Source of the DNA: Xanthomonas campestris pv. campestris str. ATCC 33913
Lineage (GTDB): Bacteria > Pseudomonadota > Gammaproteobacteria > Xanthomonadales > Xanthomonadaceae
Direction: 5' to 3'
NCBI RefSeq assembly: GCF_000007145.1
Contig: NC_003902.1
Coordinates: 520,325 to 552,324, forward strand
DNA: 32,000 bases
Each line of letters starts with the position of its first letter. The stretch's first letter is position 1. Below, piece by piece: positions 1 to 8,200 of this stretch. The notes under the pieces were generated by a model. It was not told the origin of the DNA and made no database searches. It worked only from the letters and a program-made list of their open reading frames with translations. A program made the position numbers and the translations under genes.

Positions 1-1
1 C

Positions 2-253
2 CATCGTCGGCGTGGAGAGCTCTTAAATGTCAGATTCTCGACAGAGGAGCCCACTGTTCACGATTTGCCTCGCGAGGATCGAAAGCCTGGTATTGTGCTG
101 AGTGATGACACTGCACTTAGTTACAGAGCAGGCCAGCTCTACGCTACGTATCCGCGAGGTCTTCCCAGCGATGTCAAGAGGTCTACTAAGAGAGATCCAA
201 AACTATATGCTGCATACAAAGACTTATTAAAAAATAATGGTTATAAAGGTTAG
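2..253 (+). CDS. 3' end of a gene starting upstream of the window; hypothetical protein (last 83 codons)
   Basis: Frame 2 is open from base 2 to TAG at 251-253; the ORF track shows it only from an internal TTG at 65. The region is visibly AT-richer than the rest of the window. No family recognised. Confidence 0.3.
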   Translation, partial: HRRRGELLNVRFSTEEPTVHDLPREDRKPGIVLSDDTALSYRAGQLYATYPRGLPSDVKRSTKRDPKLYAAYKDLLKNNGYKG

Positions 254-277
254 AAATTAAAGATAAACCTGTCTTAG

Positions 278-302
278 CCGGGCCGACAAATTGTCGGCCC
301 GG
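278..302 (+). terminator. Perfect palindrome/hairpin ccgggccgacaa-a-ttgtcggcccgg downstream of the partial ORF; possible terminator without a clear U-tract
   Basis: 12-nt arms read directly from the sequence, 25 nt after the stop at 253. No T-run follows. Confidence 0.3.
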
Positions 303-357
303 TCGCATACGCGTTCCAATATTGCAGCGCGGTCTGAGTTATAAGGCGTTTGGCTAA

Positions 358-1052
358 GGAGCCTCTGAACAAGGCGCCACAGATACACGAAATTGCCCGC
401 CTCATGTTGATGAGTGATCCATGCAACTGATGTTCAGTGACACCGAGAGCCTGGGCAAGCGCAAGCAGACCCGGCACGAGATCTTCCTGGCCGAGATGGA
501 GCAGGTCGTTGCGTGGCAGAAACTGCTCGGGCTGATCGCGCCGCACTATCCGGCGTCGGGGCGGCCAGGGCGGCAGCCCTACGCACTGGCGACGATATTG
601 CGGATCATCTGCTGCAGCAGGGGTATGCGTTGAGCGATCCTGCGAGGGAAGAAGCGCTGCACGAGATTCCGACCTTGCGGCGATTTGCCCAGCTCGGTGG
701 GTTGGACGACATTCTCGACGAGACCACGATTCTCAACTTTCGACGCTTGCTGGAGGCCCATGGTGTTGCTGGAAGCGGTCAACGCGCCTCTGACGCGCAA
801 GGGCCAGAGTCTACGTCCCGGGACGATCGTCGATGCGACGCGGATCGCTGCGCCCGGTTCGACCAAAAGCGCCGATCACGCGCGCGACCCTGAGATGCAT
901 CACGCCGAGAGGGCAAGCAGTGGTATCTCGGGATGAAGGCGCACATCGGCGTGAATGAGTGTTCCGGGCCGGTGCAGCATGTGCATCGGACAGCGGCCAA
1001 TGTTGCCGCTGTCACGGTGACGCACATCGTGCTACATGGCAAAAAAGACAGT
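358..1052 (+). mobile_element. IS5-family insertion sequence remnant (left end intact, right part deleted)
   Basis: The left terminus GGAGCCTCTGAACAAGG resembles the IS5-group inverted repeat (GAACAAG core) and is preceded by CTAA, the YTAR target typical of IS5. Transposase homology runs to about 1050 and stops within a few bp of the E2 stop codon (1055-1057). No right inverted repeat is present. Confidence 0.8.
421..1052 (+). pseudogene. IS5-family (IS1478/IS1479/ISXo-like) DDE transposase, at least 3 frameshifts and 3'-truncated
   Basis: Transposase-like segments switch frames. Frame 1: MQLMFSDTESLGKRKQTRHEIFLAEMEQVV..GRPGRQPYALATILRI. Frame 3: LLQQGYALSDPAREEALHEIPTLRRFAQLGGLDDILDETTILNFRRLLEAHGV. 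Frame 1: LEAVNAPLTRKGQSLRPGTIVDATRIAAPGSTKSADHARDPEMH. Frame 3: MKAHIGVNECSGPVQHVHRTAANVAAVTVTHIVLHGKKDS. Homology then ends. Confidence 0.8.
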
Positions 1053-1054
1053 GC

Positions 1055-2563
1055 TCAGTTGGCCAACGCCAGATCGTCCAGCAAGGCGCGCAGGAAGCGC
1101 GCCGCTTCACCGCCGGTGGCGGCGCGGTGATCGAAGGTCAGCGACAGCGGCATCACCTTGTGGGTTTCCACGCCGCCCATCACCGGGGTGAGCTGGTAGC
1201 GCGCGCGGCCGGCGGCCACGATCGCCACGCAGGGCGGCACCACCACCGGCGTGGCGTAGCGGCCGGCAAACATGCCGAAGTTGGACAGCGAGATGGTGTA
1301 GCCGCTCAGTTCGGACGCGGCGATGCTGCGGCTTTCCACCTGCTGGCGCAGCCGGTTGACGCCTTCGCGAATGCCATGCGCATCCAGCATGTCGGCGTTG
1401 CGCAGTGCCGGCACTAACAGGCCTTCTTCGGTGTCTACCGCAATGCCGATGTCCACCTGCGGGTGCAGCGTGCGGCTCAGCGCCTCGCCGTCGAACCAGG
1501 CGTTGAGCGCGGGCACGGCCTCGCAGGCGCGCACGATGCCGCGCACCAGGCGCACTGTGACGTCGTTGCCGGGTTGCCAGGCGTGCAGGTCGGCGTCGTC
1601 GTTGAGCGTGGTGGGCACCACCTTGCTGTGCGCATCGGCCATCACGCGTGCCATGTTGCGGCGCACGCCCTTGAGTTGCTCGGGTTGGCCCTTGGCGCTG
1701 ATGCCGGGCGACTGGGTGCGCATCGGCTTGCCGCTGGCCGACAGCGTGGAGCGGGCGTTGCCTTCGTCCGCCCTGCGGGCACCTTCTCCCGCAGGCGGAA
1801 GAAGGGGTGCTGTTGCGGGTCGATCCCTGCCGTCGGCAGCGCTCCCAGCAGCTCTCCCACCGTCATCGATCGGACCACCTCTCCCGCGGGCAGGAGAGGT
1901 CGGCGCGCCCTGCGCGCCGGGTGAGGGCTGCGCGGTACCGGCGGCTGCTGCCTGCTTTACGTCTGCCAGCGTGACCGTGCCGTCCGGGCCGGTAGCGCGC
2001 ACCTGTGCCAGGTCCACACGCAGCTTGCGCGCCAGCGCGCGCACCACCGGCATGGCGCGCACGCCGCCGACGGTAATGGCCTGCTCGCTCTGCACGGCGT
2101 TGGAGCTCTGCATCGCGCCCACCACGGTGCCGGCATCGTCGCGATCGCTGCTGCCATCGCCAGCATCGGCATCGGCAATTTCGCCGCCGTTATCGGAGGC
2201 CACCACGCGTGTGGTGTGCCCAGCCGCGCTGTCGCCGGTGCTGGGCGTGGGTGCGTGCGTCGGCGCCGGTCCATGCGAATGGCCGGTGTCCTGGCCGTCG
2301 GCACGCTGCGGTTGCGAGGCATCCAGCGCGAACTGCGCCAGCACCGCACCGGTGGTGATCACATCGCCGGCCGCGCCGGCCAGCTTGACCACGGTGCCGG
2401 AGAACGGCGAGGGCACTTCGACCACCGCCTTGGCGGTCTCCATCGATACTAGCGGGTCGTCCAGGCGCACGGGGTCGCCCTCCTTGACGAACCATTCGAC
2501 GATGGTGGCGTCGGGCAGGCCTTCGCCCAGGTCGGGCAGGTGGAAATTCTTGGCTTCGCTCAT
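1055..2563 (-). CDS. bkdB: Dihydrolipoamide acyltransferase, E2 component of a branched-chain 2-oxoacid dehydrogenase complex
   Basis: N-terminal lipoyl domain (MSEAKNFHLPDLGEGLPDATIVEWFVKEGD..METAKAVVEVPSPFSG). E3-binding segment (VRAMPVVRALARKLRVDLAQVRATGPDG). C-terminal 2-oxoacid dehydrogenase acyltransferase domain (..SLTFDHRAATGGEAARFL). The ATG at 2563 overlaps the upstream ORF stop (ATGA). The track ORF start at 2674 is rejected as an N-terminal extension. Confidence 0.9.
   Translation of the reverse strand: MSEAKNFHLPDLGEGLPDATIVEWFVKEGDPVRLDDPLVSMETAKAVVEVPSPFSGTVVKLAGAAGDVITTGAVLAQFALDASQPQRADGQDTGHSHGPAPTHAPTPSTGDSAAGHTTRVVASDNGGEIADADAGDGSSDRDDAGTVVGAMQSSNAVQSEQAITVGGVRAMPVVRALARKLRVDLAQVRATGPDGTVTLADVKQAAAAGTAQPSPGAQGAPTSPARGRGGPIDDGGRAAGSAADGRDRPATAPLLPPAGEGARRADEGNARSTLSASGKPMRTQSPGISAKGQPEQLKGVRRNMARVMADAHSKVVPTTLNDDADLHAWQPGNDVTVRLVRGIVRACEAVPALNAWFDGEALSRTLHPQVDIGIAVDTEEGLLVPALRNADMLDAHGIREGVNRLRQQVESRSIAASELSGYTISLSNFGMFAGRYATPVVVPPCVAIVAAGRARYQLTPVMGGVETHKVMPLSLTFDHRAATGGEAARFLRALLDDLALAN
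1764..1807. repeat. REP-like hairpin unit (type B) embedded in the E2 linker coding sequence
   Basis: tcgtccgccctgcgggcaccttctcccgcaggcggaagaagggg is near-identical to the intergenic copy at 10617-10657 (tcatccgccctgcgggcaccttctcccagcgggagaagggg). Confidence 0.6.
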
Positions 2564-2943
2564 GGCAGGTTCTCTTGCGCCGTCTGCAGCTGCGGCGTGG
2601 TGTCGTCGAGGAGTTCGAGGTCGGCGGCCGGCAGCCAGCCCTGCGTGCCATCGGCACGCTCGGACCACCACCAACCCCCGTGTTCGTAATGCAGCAGCAC
2701 GTGCTCGCCCTGGTGGGCATCGAGCTCGCGTGCATCGTAATCACGCAGCGCTTCAGCCAGGCCGTCGCCCAGCGGGCGCAGCCAGGCCGCCGGCGCCCAG
2801 CCGGCATGGCCTTCGCCGGTGTTCACCCAGGCAAACGCCGGCCATTCTTCATCGCGCACCCCAATGGCGACCTGCTGGCCGGCATGGAAGCGGATCGGGT
2901 TGGCGTAGGCGGCGCGGTAGTCGCAAAGCAGGCGGGCGCGCAT
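2560..2943 (-). CDS. SH3-like domain protein (two SH3-like halves), translationally coupled inside the bkd operon
   Basis: 127 aa. The second half reads like a bacterial SH3 domain (ALRDYDARELDAHQGEHVLLHYEHGGWWWSERADGTQGWLPAADLELL); the first half is a weaker copy (LCDYRAAYANPIRFHAGQQVAIG..WPAFAWVNTGEGHAGWAPAAWL). The ATG at 2943 lies 1 nt after the E1 beta stop. Its TGA overlaps the E2 ATG. Confidence 0.7.
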   Translation of the reverse strand: MRARLLCDYRAAYANPIRFHAGQQVAIGVRDEEWPAFAWVNTGEGHAGWAPAAWLRPLGDGLAEALRDYDARELDAHQGEHVLLHYEHGGWWWSERADGTQGWLPAADLELLDDTTPQLQTAQENLP

Positions 2944-2944
2944 G

Positions 2945-3928
2945 TCAGCCGGCAGCCACCGCGCGGCGGGCGGCGGTGACGATGCGCTCCACGCTGGGCA
3001 GGAACTTCATCTCCAGCCGGAACAGCGGGATATGCGTGTCATAGCCGGTCACCCGTTCCACCGGAGCGAGCAGGTCGTACATCGATTTTTCGGCAAGCTG
3101 CGCAGCAATCTCCGCACCGAAACCGGCAGTGCGCGGGGCTTCCTGCACGATCACGCAGCGGCCGGTCTTGGCGACCGATTCGGCAATGGTGTCGAAATCC
3201 AGCGGGCGCAGCGTGGCCACGTCGATGACTTCGGCGCTGATGCCTTCGCTGGCCAGTTTGTCGGCTGCTTCCAGCGCTTCCTTCACCTGCGCGCCCCAGG
3301 TCACCAGGGTCACATCGGTGCCGTCGCGCAGCACGAAGCAGACATCCAGCGGCAGCGCTTCGCCGTCATTGGCCACCACTTCCTTGTACTGGCGGTAGAT
3401 GCGCTTGGGCTCCATGTAGATCACCGGATCCGGGTCGCGGATTGCGGCCAGCAACAAGCCATACGCACGCTGCGGCGAGGACGGCAGCACCACACGCAAA
3501 CCGGGCACGTTGGTGAAGATGGCTTCGTTGGCCTCGCTGTGATGTTCCGGTGCGCGGATGCCGCCGCCCCACGGCACGCGCAGCACCATCGGGCAATGCA
3601 GGCGGCCACGGGTGCGGTTGCGCAGGCGTGCGGCGTGGCAGATCAGGTGATCGACCATGGGATACACGAAGCCGTCGAACTGCGCTTCGGCCACCGGCTT
3701 CATGCCTTGCGCGGCCAGGCCGACGCTCAGCCCGGCGATGGTGGTTTCATCCAGCGGGGTGTCGAGCACGCGCGCGCTGCCGAAGCGTTGCTGCAGGCCG
3801 GCGGTGGCGCGGAACACGCCGCCGTTGACCCCTACGTCCTCGCCCAGCACCAGCACCGCGGGGTCGTGTTCCAGCTCCCAGGCCAGCGCCTGGGTGATGG
3901 CTTCGATCAGGGTGATGGGCGAACTCAT
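2945..3928 (-). CDS. bkdA2: 2-oxoisovalerate (branched-chain 2-oxoacid) dehydrogenase E1 component, beta subunit
   Basis: MSSPITLIEAITQALAWELEHDPAVLVLGEDVGVNGGVFRATAGLQQRFG.. is typical of the transketolase-like E1 beta family. GGAGAG lies upstream of the ATG at 3928. An alternative in-frame ATG at 4015 overlaps the E1 alpha stop. Confidence 0.9.
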   Translation of the reverse strand: MSSPITLIEAITQALAWELEHDPAVLVLGEDVGVNGGVFRATAGLQQRFGSARVLDTPLDETTIAGLSVGLAAQGMKPVAEAQFDGFVYPMVDHLICHAARLRNRTRGRLHCPMVLRVPWGGGIRAPEHHSEANEAIFTNVPGLRVVLPSSPQRAYGLLLAAIRDPDPVIYMEPKRIYRQYKEVVANDGEALPLDVCFVLRDGTDVTLVTWGAQVKEALEAADKLASEGISAEVIDVATLRPLDFDTIAESVAKTGRCVIVQEAPRTAGFGAEIAAQLAEKSMYDLLAPVERVTGYDTHIPLFRLEMKFLPSVERIVTAARRAVAAG

Positions 3929-4007
3929 GGCGATCTCTCCGCGCGTGGCAGCGGCGTTGTAAGGGGCACTGGCCTGCTGTGAGCCGGCGAGCTGTGCGTG
4001 GTTGAGC

Positions 4008-5096
4008 TCATCCATGACGGGCCTCCAGGGCGATGACCTCGGCGCGCTGGGCCAGCAGTTCGGCCGGCGGGTCGCCGTACAGATAATCGAACATCGCTTC
4101 CACCGGCTGCACCGGGGTATTGAGGTACGCATTGACCTCTTCGTCGATGCGCGCGCCGCACTCGGCTTTCCAGGCTTCTTCCTGCGCCTCGTCCCACAGA
4201 CCTTGCGCGGTGAGATAGCGGCGCAGGCGCAGCATCGGTTCGCGTGTCCAGGCCTGCTTCACTTCGTCCTCGCCACGGTAGCGGCGGGCGTCGTCGGCGG
4301 TGGTGTGGTCGGTGAGGCGATAGGTGAGGAATTCGATCACGGTGCCGCCATCGCCGGCCAGCGCGCGCGCGCGCGCCTGGCGCATGGCTTCGAGCACGGC
4401 GATGAGGTCGTTACCGTCCACCTGTAGGCAGTGCAGGCCGCCGGCCAGGCCCTTCTGTGCCAGCGTCTGCGCACCGGTCTGCGCCGAGCGCGGCACCGAG
4501 ATCGCCCAGCCGTTGTTGATCACGCACAGGATCAGCGGCAGCGTGTAGGCGCCGGCCGAGTTGAGCGCGGCGTAGAAGTCGGTCTTGGAGCTGCCGCCAT
4601 CGCCGCAGCACGCCACTGCCACCTGCGCCTTGCCCTGCAGCTTGAACGACAGCGCCGCGCCGGCCGCGTGCAGGCATTGGGTGGAGATCGGTACGCAGAT
4701 CGGGAAGTCGATCGCCGCATCGGCATCGCGCGGGTAGTCGCTGCCGCGCTCGTCGCCGCCCCAGTACAGCAGCACATCGCGTGGACGCACGCCGCGTTCG
4801 AACATGGTGCCGTATTCACGGTAGCTGGGCGCGAACACATCGCCGCTGCGCATCGAGGCACCGATGCCCACATGGGTGGCCTCGTGGCCCAGGCTGGCTG
4901 CGTAGGTGCCGAGCTTGCCGGTGCGCTGCAGCGCGATCGACTTGCTGTCGAAGGTGCGCACGAACAGCATGCGCTTGAACAGGGCGAGCAACTGTTGCGG
5001 GTTGGCGGCGTCGGCCGGCAGATCGTCGCGGACCAGTTGGCCGTCCGCGTCCATGTATTGCAGATATTCGATTTCGAACTGCGCGGCTACGCTCAT
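4008..5096 (-). CDS. bkdA1: 2-oxoisovalerate (branched-chain 2-oxoacid) dehydrogenase E1 component, alpha subunit (TPP-dependent)
   Basis: TPP-binding motif region GDGGSSKTDFYAALNSAGAYTLPLILCVINNGWAIS. The ATG at 5096 is preceded by GAAGGTG. The track TTG start at 5126 is less likely. Confidence 0.9.
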   Translation of the reverse strand: MSVAAQFEIEYLQYMDADGQLVRDDLPADAANPQQLLALFKRMLFVRTFDSKSIALQRTGKLGTYAASLGHEATHVGIGASMRSGDVFAPSYREYGTMFERGVRPRDVLLYWGGDERGSDYPRDADAAIDFPICVPISTQCLHAAGAALSFKLQGKAQVAVACCGDGGSSKTDFYAALNSAGAYTLPLILCVINNGWAISVPRSAQTGAQTLAQKGLAGGLHCLQVDGNDLIAVLEAMRQARARALAGDGGTVIEFLTYRLTDHTTADDARRYRGEDEVKQAWTREPMLRLRRYLTAQGLWDEAQEEAWKAECGARIDEEVNAYLNTPVQPVEAMFDYLYGDPPAELLAQRAEVIALEARHG

Positions 5097-5204
5097 TGCG
5101 GCGACACCTTCATCAAGAAGTTTCAAATGATATGAGTTGCGATGTTAAGGACGGCGAAGCAAAAAGCTGTCCTGCACCGCAGCACACAATGATGCTGGGT
5201 TGCA

Positions 5205-5238
5205 CAAAAAAAAGGGCGCGGACCAGGCCGCGCCCTTT
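5205..5238 (-). terminator. Rho-independent terminator of the nuclease gene
   Basis: The minus strand reads aaagggcgcgg-cctggt-ccgcgccc followed by TTTTTTTT, about 35 nt after the stop at 5274. Confidence 0.7.
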
Positions 5239-5273
5239 ACCACTGTTGAAAACTGCGACGTGTTGCAGTGCGA

Positions 5274-8200
5274 TCAACGCCGCCCGGCGCCGCCTCCAAT
5301 TGGAGTGCTGATCCGCGCAGCGTTGTCGGCCGGGTTCGCATCCGGTGAACTGGAGCTGGCCGTGGCCTGCACCTGCACCGCGCGTTCGGCCGGGATCGGC
5401 TTGGTCGCCACGGTCAGCTGGAAGGCGGTCTGCGCACCGGGCTGCAGCGCAGCCGCAGTGGTGCAGACGAACACCGCACTGCGCAGCGACTGCAGCTGCT
5501 TGTCGCAGCGCCAGCCGCGTGGGGGCACCAGCAGCGACAGCGCAGACAGCGTGTTGCCCTCCACGCGCACGCTGACGCCGGTTGCCGGTGCGTTGCCGCG
5601 ATTATCCAGCAGCACGCGATAGCTCGCGTTGAAGGCGGTGGTCGGCAGGCTGGCGGGACCTTCCAGACGCACCGCCAGATCGCTGCGCAACCGGGCCTGC
5701 ACGGCCACCTTGGCGGTGTCGGTGTTGTTGTCCGGCTGCGGGTCGGGCGATTGCGAGGCGACCGAGGCGGCCAGGGTGAGGGTGCGGCCCGCCAGGTCCG
5801 CACCGGCGTCCAGCTGCACGGTGAAGCTCTGCGCGTTGCCGGCGGCCAGCGACGGCGCGGTGCAGGTGAGCACGGTCTGGCTACCGGTTTCAGGCGGGTT
5901 GCAAGTCCAGCCCGGCGCCGCGGTTACACGCGGACTCACAGCTGCATCAAACGCCAATGCCACAGCGGGGAATGCCGCGCTGTTCGGACCGCCGTTTTCC
6001 ACATCCACGGTGTAGTCGATGCGCTCGCCTTCGAGCACCTGATCACGTGCTGCGGTAACTGCCACGCGCATGTCTGCATTCACCTGCGGCGTCATGCGTA
6101 ACAGCACCACGGTGGGATCGTGATCCGAAAGACGCGTGGGCGTGTTGGCATCGTTGCGCGCGGTGCCGGGGAAGTCGGCATTGATGCGTGCGTGGCCCAC
6201 CGACAACGAGGCGATGTTGGATGCGCGCATCAAGGCGTCGTTGGCCAGGATGTGGTCAAGCGACTGCACGTTGCCATCGAACGCATACGAGTAACTCTGG
6301 TCCGGTGTGTTGAACCAGGTCAGGTCCGTGTAGTCCGGGTCGACCAGATCGATGCCATCACCGCTGACCACCGTCTGCGCATCCGCTGCCGGCTTGCCGG
6401 TGACCGTGCCCATTGCATCCACATAGCCATCGTTGAACTCGAAGGCGTTGAAGTCGCCCATCACCAGCACGCGTTCGGCCGGATCCAGCTGCTGGCGCGC
6501 CTGCAGCAAACGCGCCAGGTAGCTGGCCTGCGCCTGGCGCTTGGCACGGATGCGGGTGCCGGCGGCGTCATCGGTTTCGGCGCCGTTGAGCGAGCGCTGA
6601 TGCACCACGATGGTGGTCAGCGGCAGCACGCGGCCGTCGGCCTGATGCACGCGGGTGCTGAGCACCAGCGGCGGGCGGTCGTTGAGCAGGCTCACCGCGC
6701 CGCCCGGTTCGGTCCAGGTGGTGGCCTTGCCTTCCTGCGCCACCGAAACCACTTCGACGCGCGGTACACCGCCGCTGACGTCGGCGGTCTTGACCAGGAA
6801 GCCGACGTCGATGCCGCCAACGTCATTGCCTTCCTGCAGATACGCCACGTACTTGGGATCCTGCTGGCCGGCGGCCACGGCGTCGGCGTTGATGCGGGCA
6901 GCCAGGGTCTGCAGCACGCTGATGTTTTCCACTTCCACCGTGCCCAGGATGTCGGGCGTGTGCAGATAGTTGCGGATCGCCAGCGAGGCCTTGTTGAGGC
7001 GGGCCTGGAACGCGGCCGGGGTGAGTACCGGCTCGCCGATCGCCGGGTCGTTCTGGTCGTCGAAGAAGCGCTCCATGTTGTAAGTGGCCACGGCCACGTC
7101 GTCGGCTTGCGGCCGCGGCGCCGGGCGCGGCTGGTCGGCACCGTTGCAGCTCACCTGCGGGGTGCGTTCCGGGTACAGCGTGTAGCGGCGGAAGCTGTAA
7201 TCCAGCGGGCCGACGACGTTGAACACGCGGCAGCCGGCGGCCAGATCCAGGCGCTCGGCGCCCACCCCGGCACTGCCAACGGCGATCACTTCCGGATTGG
7301 TGTTCCAGCGCGGCACGCCCGCCGGCGAGCCGGCCGGCAAGGGGTCGGGCAGTTGCACGCCGGGCTCGCGGAAGGCGCGCGGCAATTCGCTGACCACGGC
7401 ATGGAAAACGCCGTTGCTGGTGGCGGTGGCGGTGGTCTCGTTGACGTTGCCACCGGTGGGCGCATTGACGGTGAGGCTGGGCGCCGCCACGCGCATGCCT
7501 TCCAGCGCTTCGAGCTGATCAAAGGCGCCATTCGGGTTGGGCAGGGCCGCGCTCAGCAGCACGGGCTCAGGCAGCGCGTTGCCGGTGGAATCCAGCAGCA
7601 CGGTCAGGACGCCGCCAATTTCGGTCAGCGGCGGCTGGGTCGGGTCGGCGGTGGGCACGTATTCGATCACCGTGCCCTGCACGCGCACCCGGTTGCCGAT
7701 GGCGGCGGTGTCCGGCGGGGCGCTGCCGGTATAGACGTAGACGCCTTCGGAGGTGGCCGGGTCGGCATCGGCTTCGGCCGTGGGCGCCTGCAGGAAGAAG
7801 CCGGCGCTGCGGCGCGCAGTGACGATCCCGGAGGTCGCCACCACCTGGCCATCCAGCGGCGAGCGTGCGCCCTTGCCCTGGATGGCGTGGATCGGCAGCA
7901 GCTGGAAATCGTCGTTGACGATGGTGCCGGTGGCGCTCAGCTTAGCCGGCAGCGCGCCGGTGAGGCCGCTGATCTGCAGGGTGAAGGTTTCATCGGGCTC
8001 GGGCGTGGTGTCGCCCAGCACCTCCACCGCGACGGTCGCAGTGCGCTCGCCTGCGGCGATCTGCACGCCGGTGGCCGGCAGGGCCACGTAGTCGCTGCCG
8101 GCCACGGCGGTGCCATTGGCGGTAGCGGCGGTGAAGCGCACGCCACCGGCACCGGCCGGCTGGCTCAGGCTCAGCGTGAATACGACGCTGCGGCTGCCGG

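Noticed and set aside
1323-3044. 573-aa plus-strand ORF overlapping the E2, SH3-like and E1 beta genes
   Set aside because: It is an antisense shadow ORF of the kind common in high-GC DNA. Its composition is Ala/Arg/Ser/Pro-rich and low in complexity. The minus strand carries clearly recognisable dehydrogenase genes.
3929-4015. Alternative upstream ATG (4015) for E1 beta, adding 29 residues and overlapping the E1 alpha stop
   Set aside because: It is plausible through translational coupling. However, the ATG at 3928 has a GGAGAG SD, and the conserved E1 beta core starts right there. It is kept as an alternative only.
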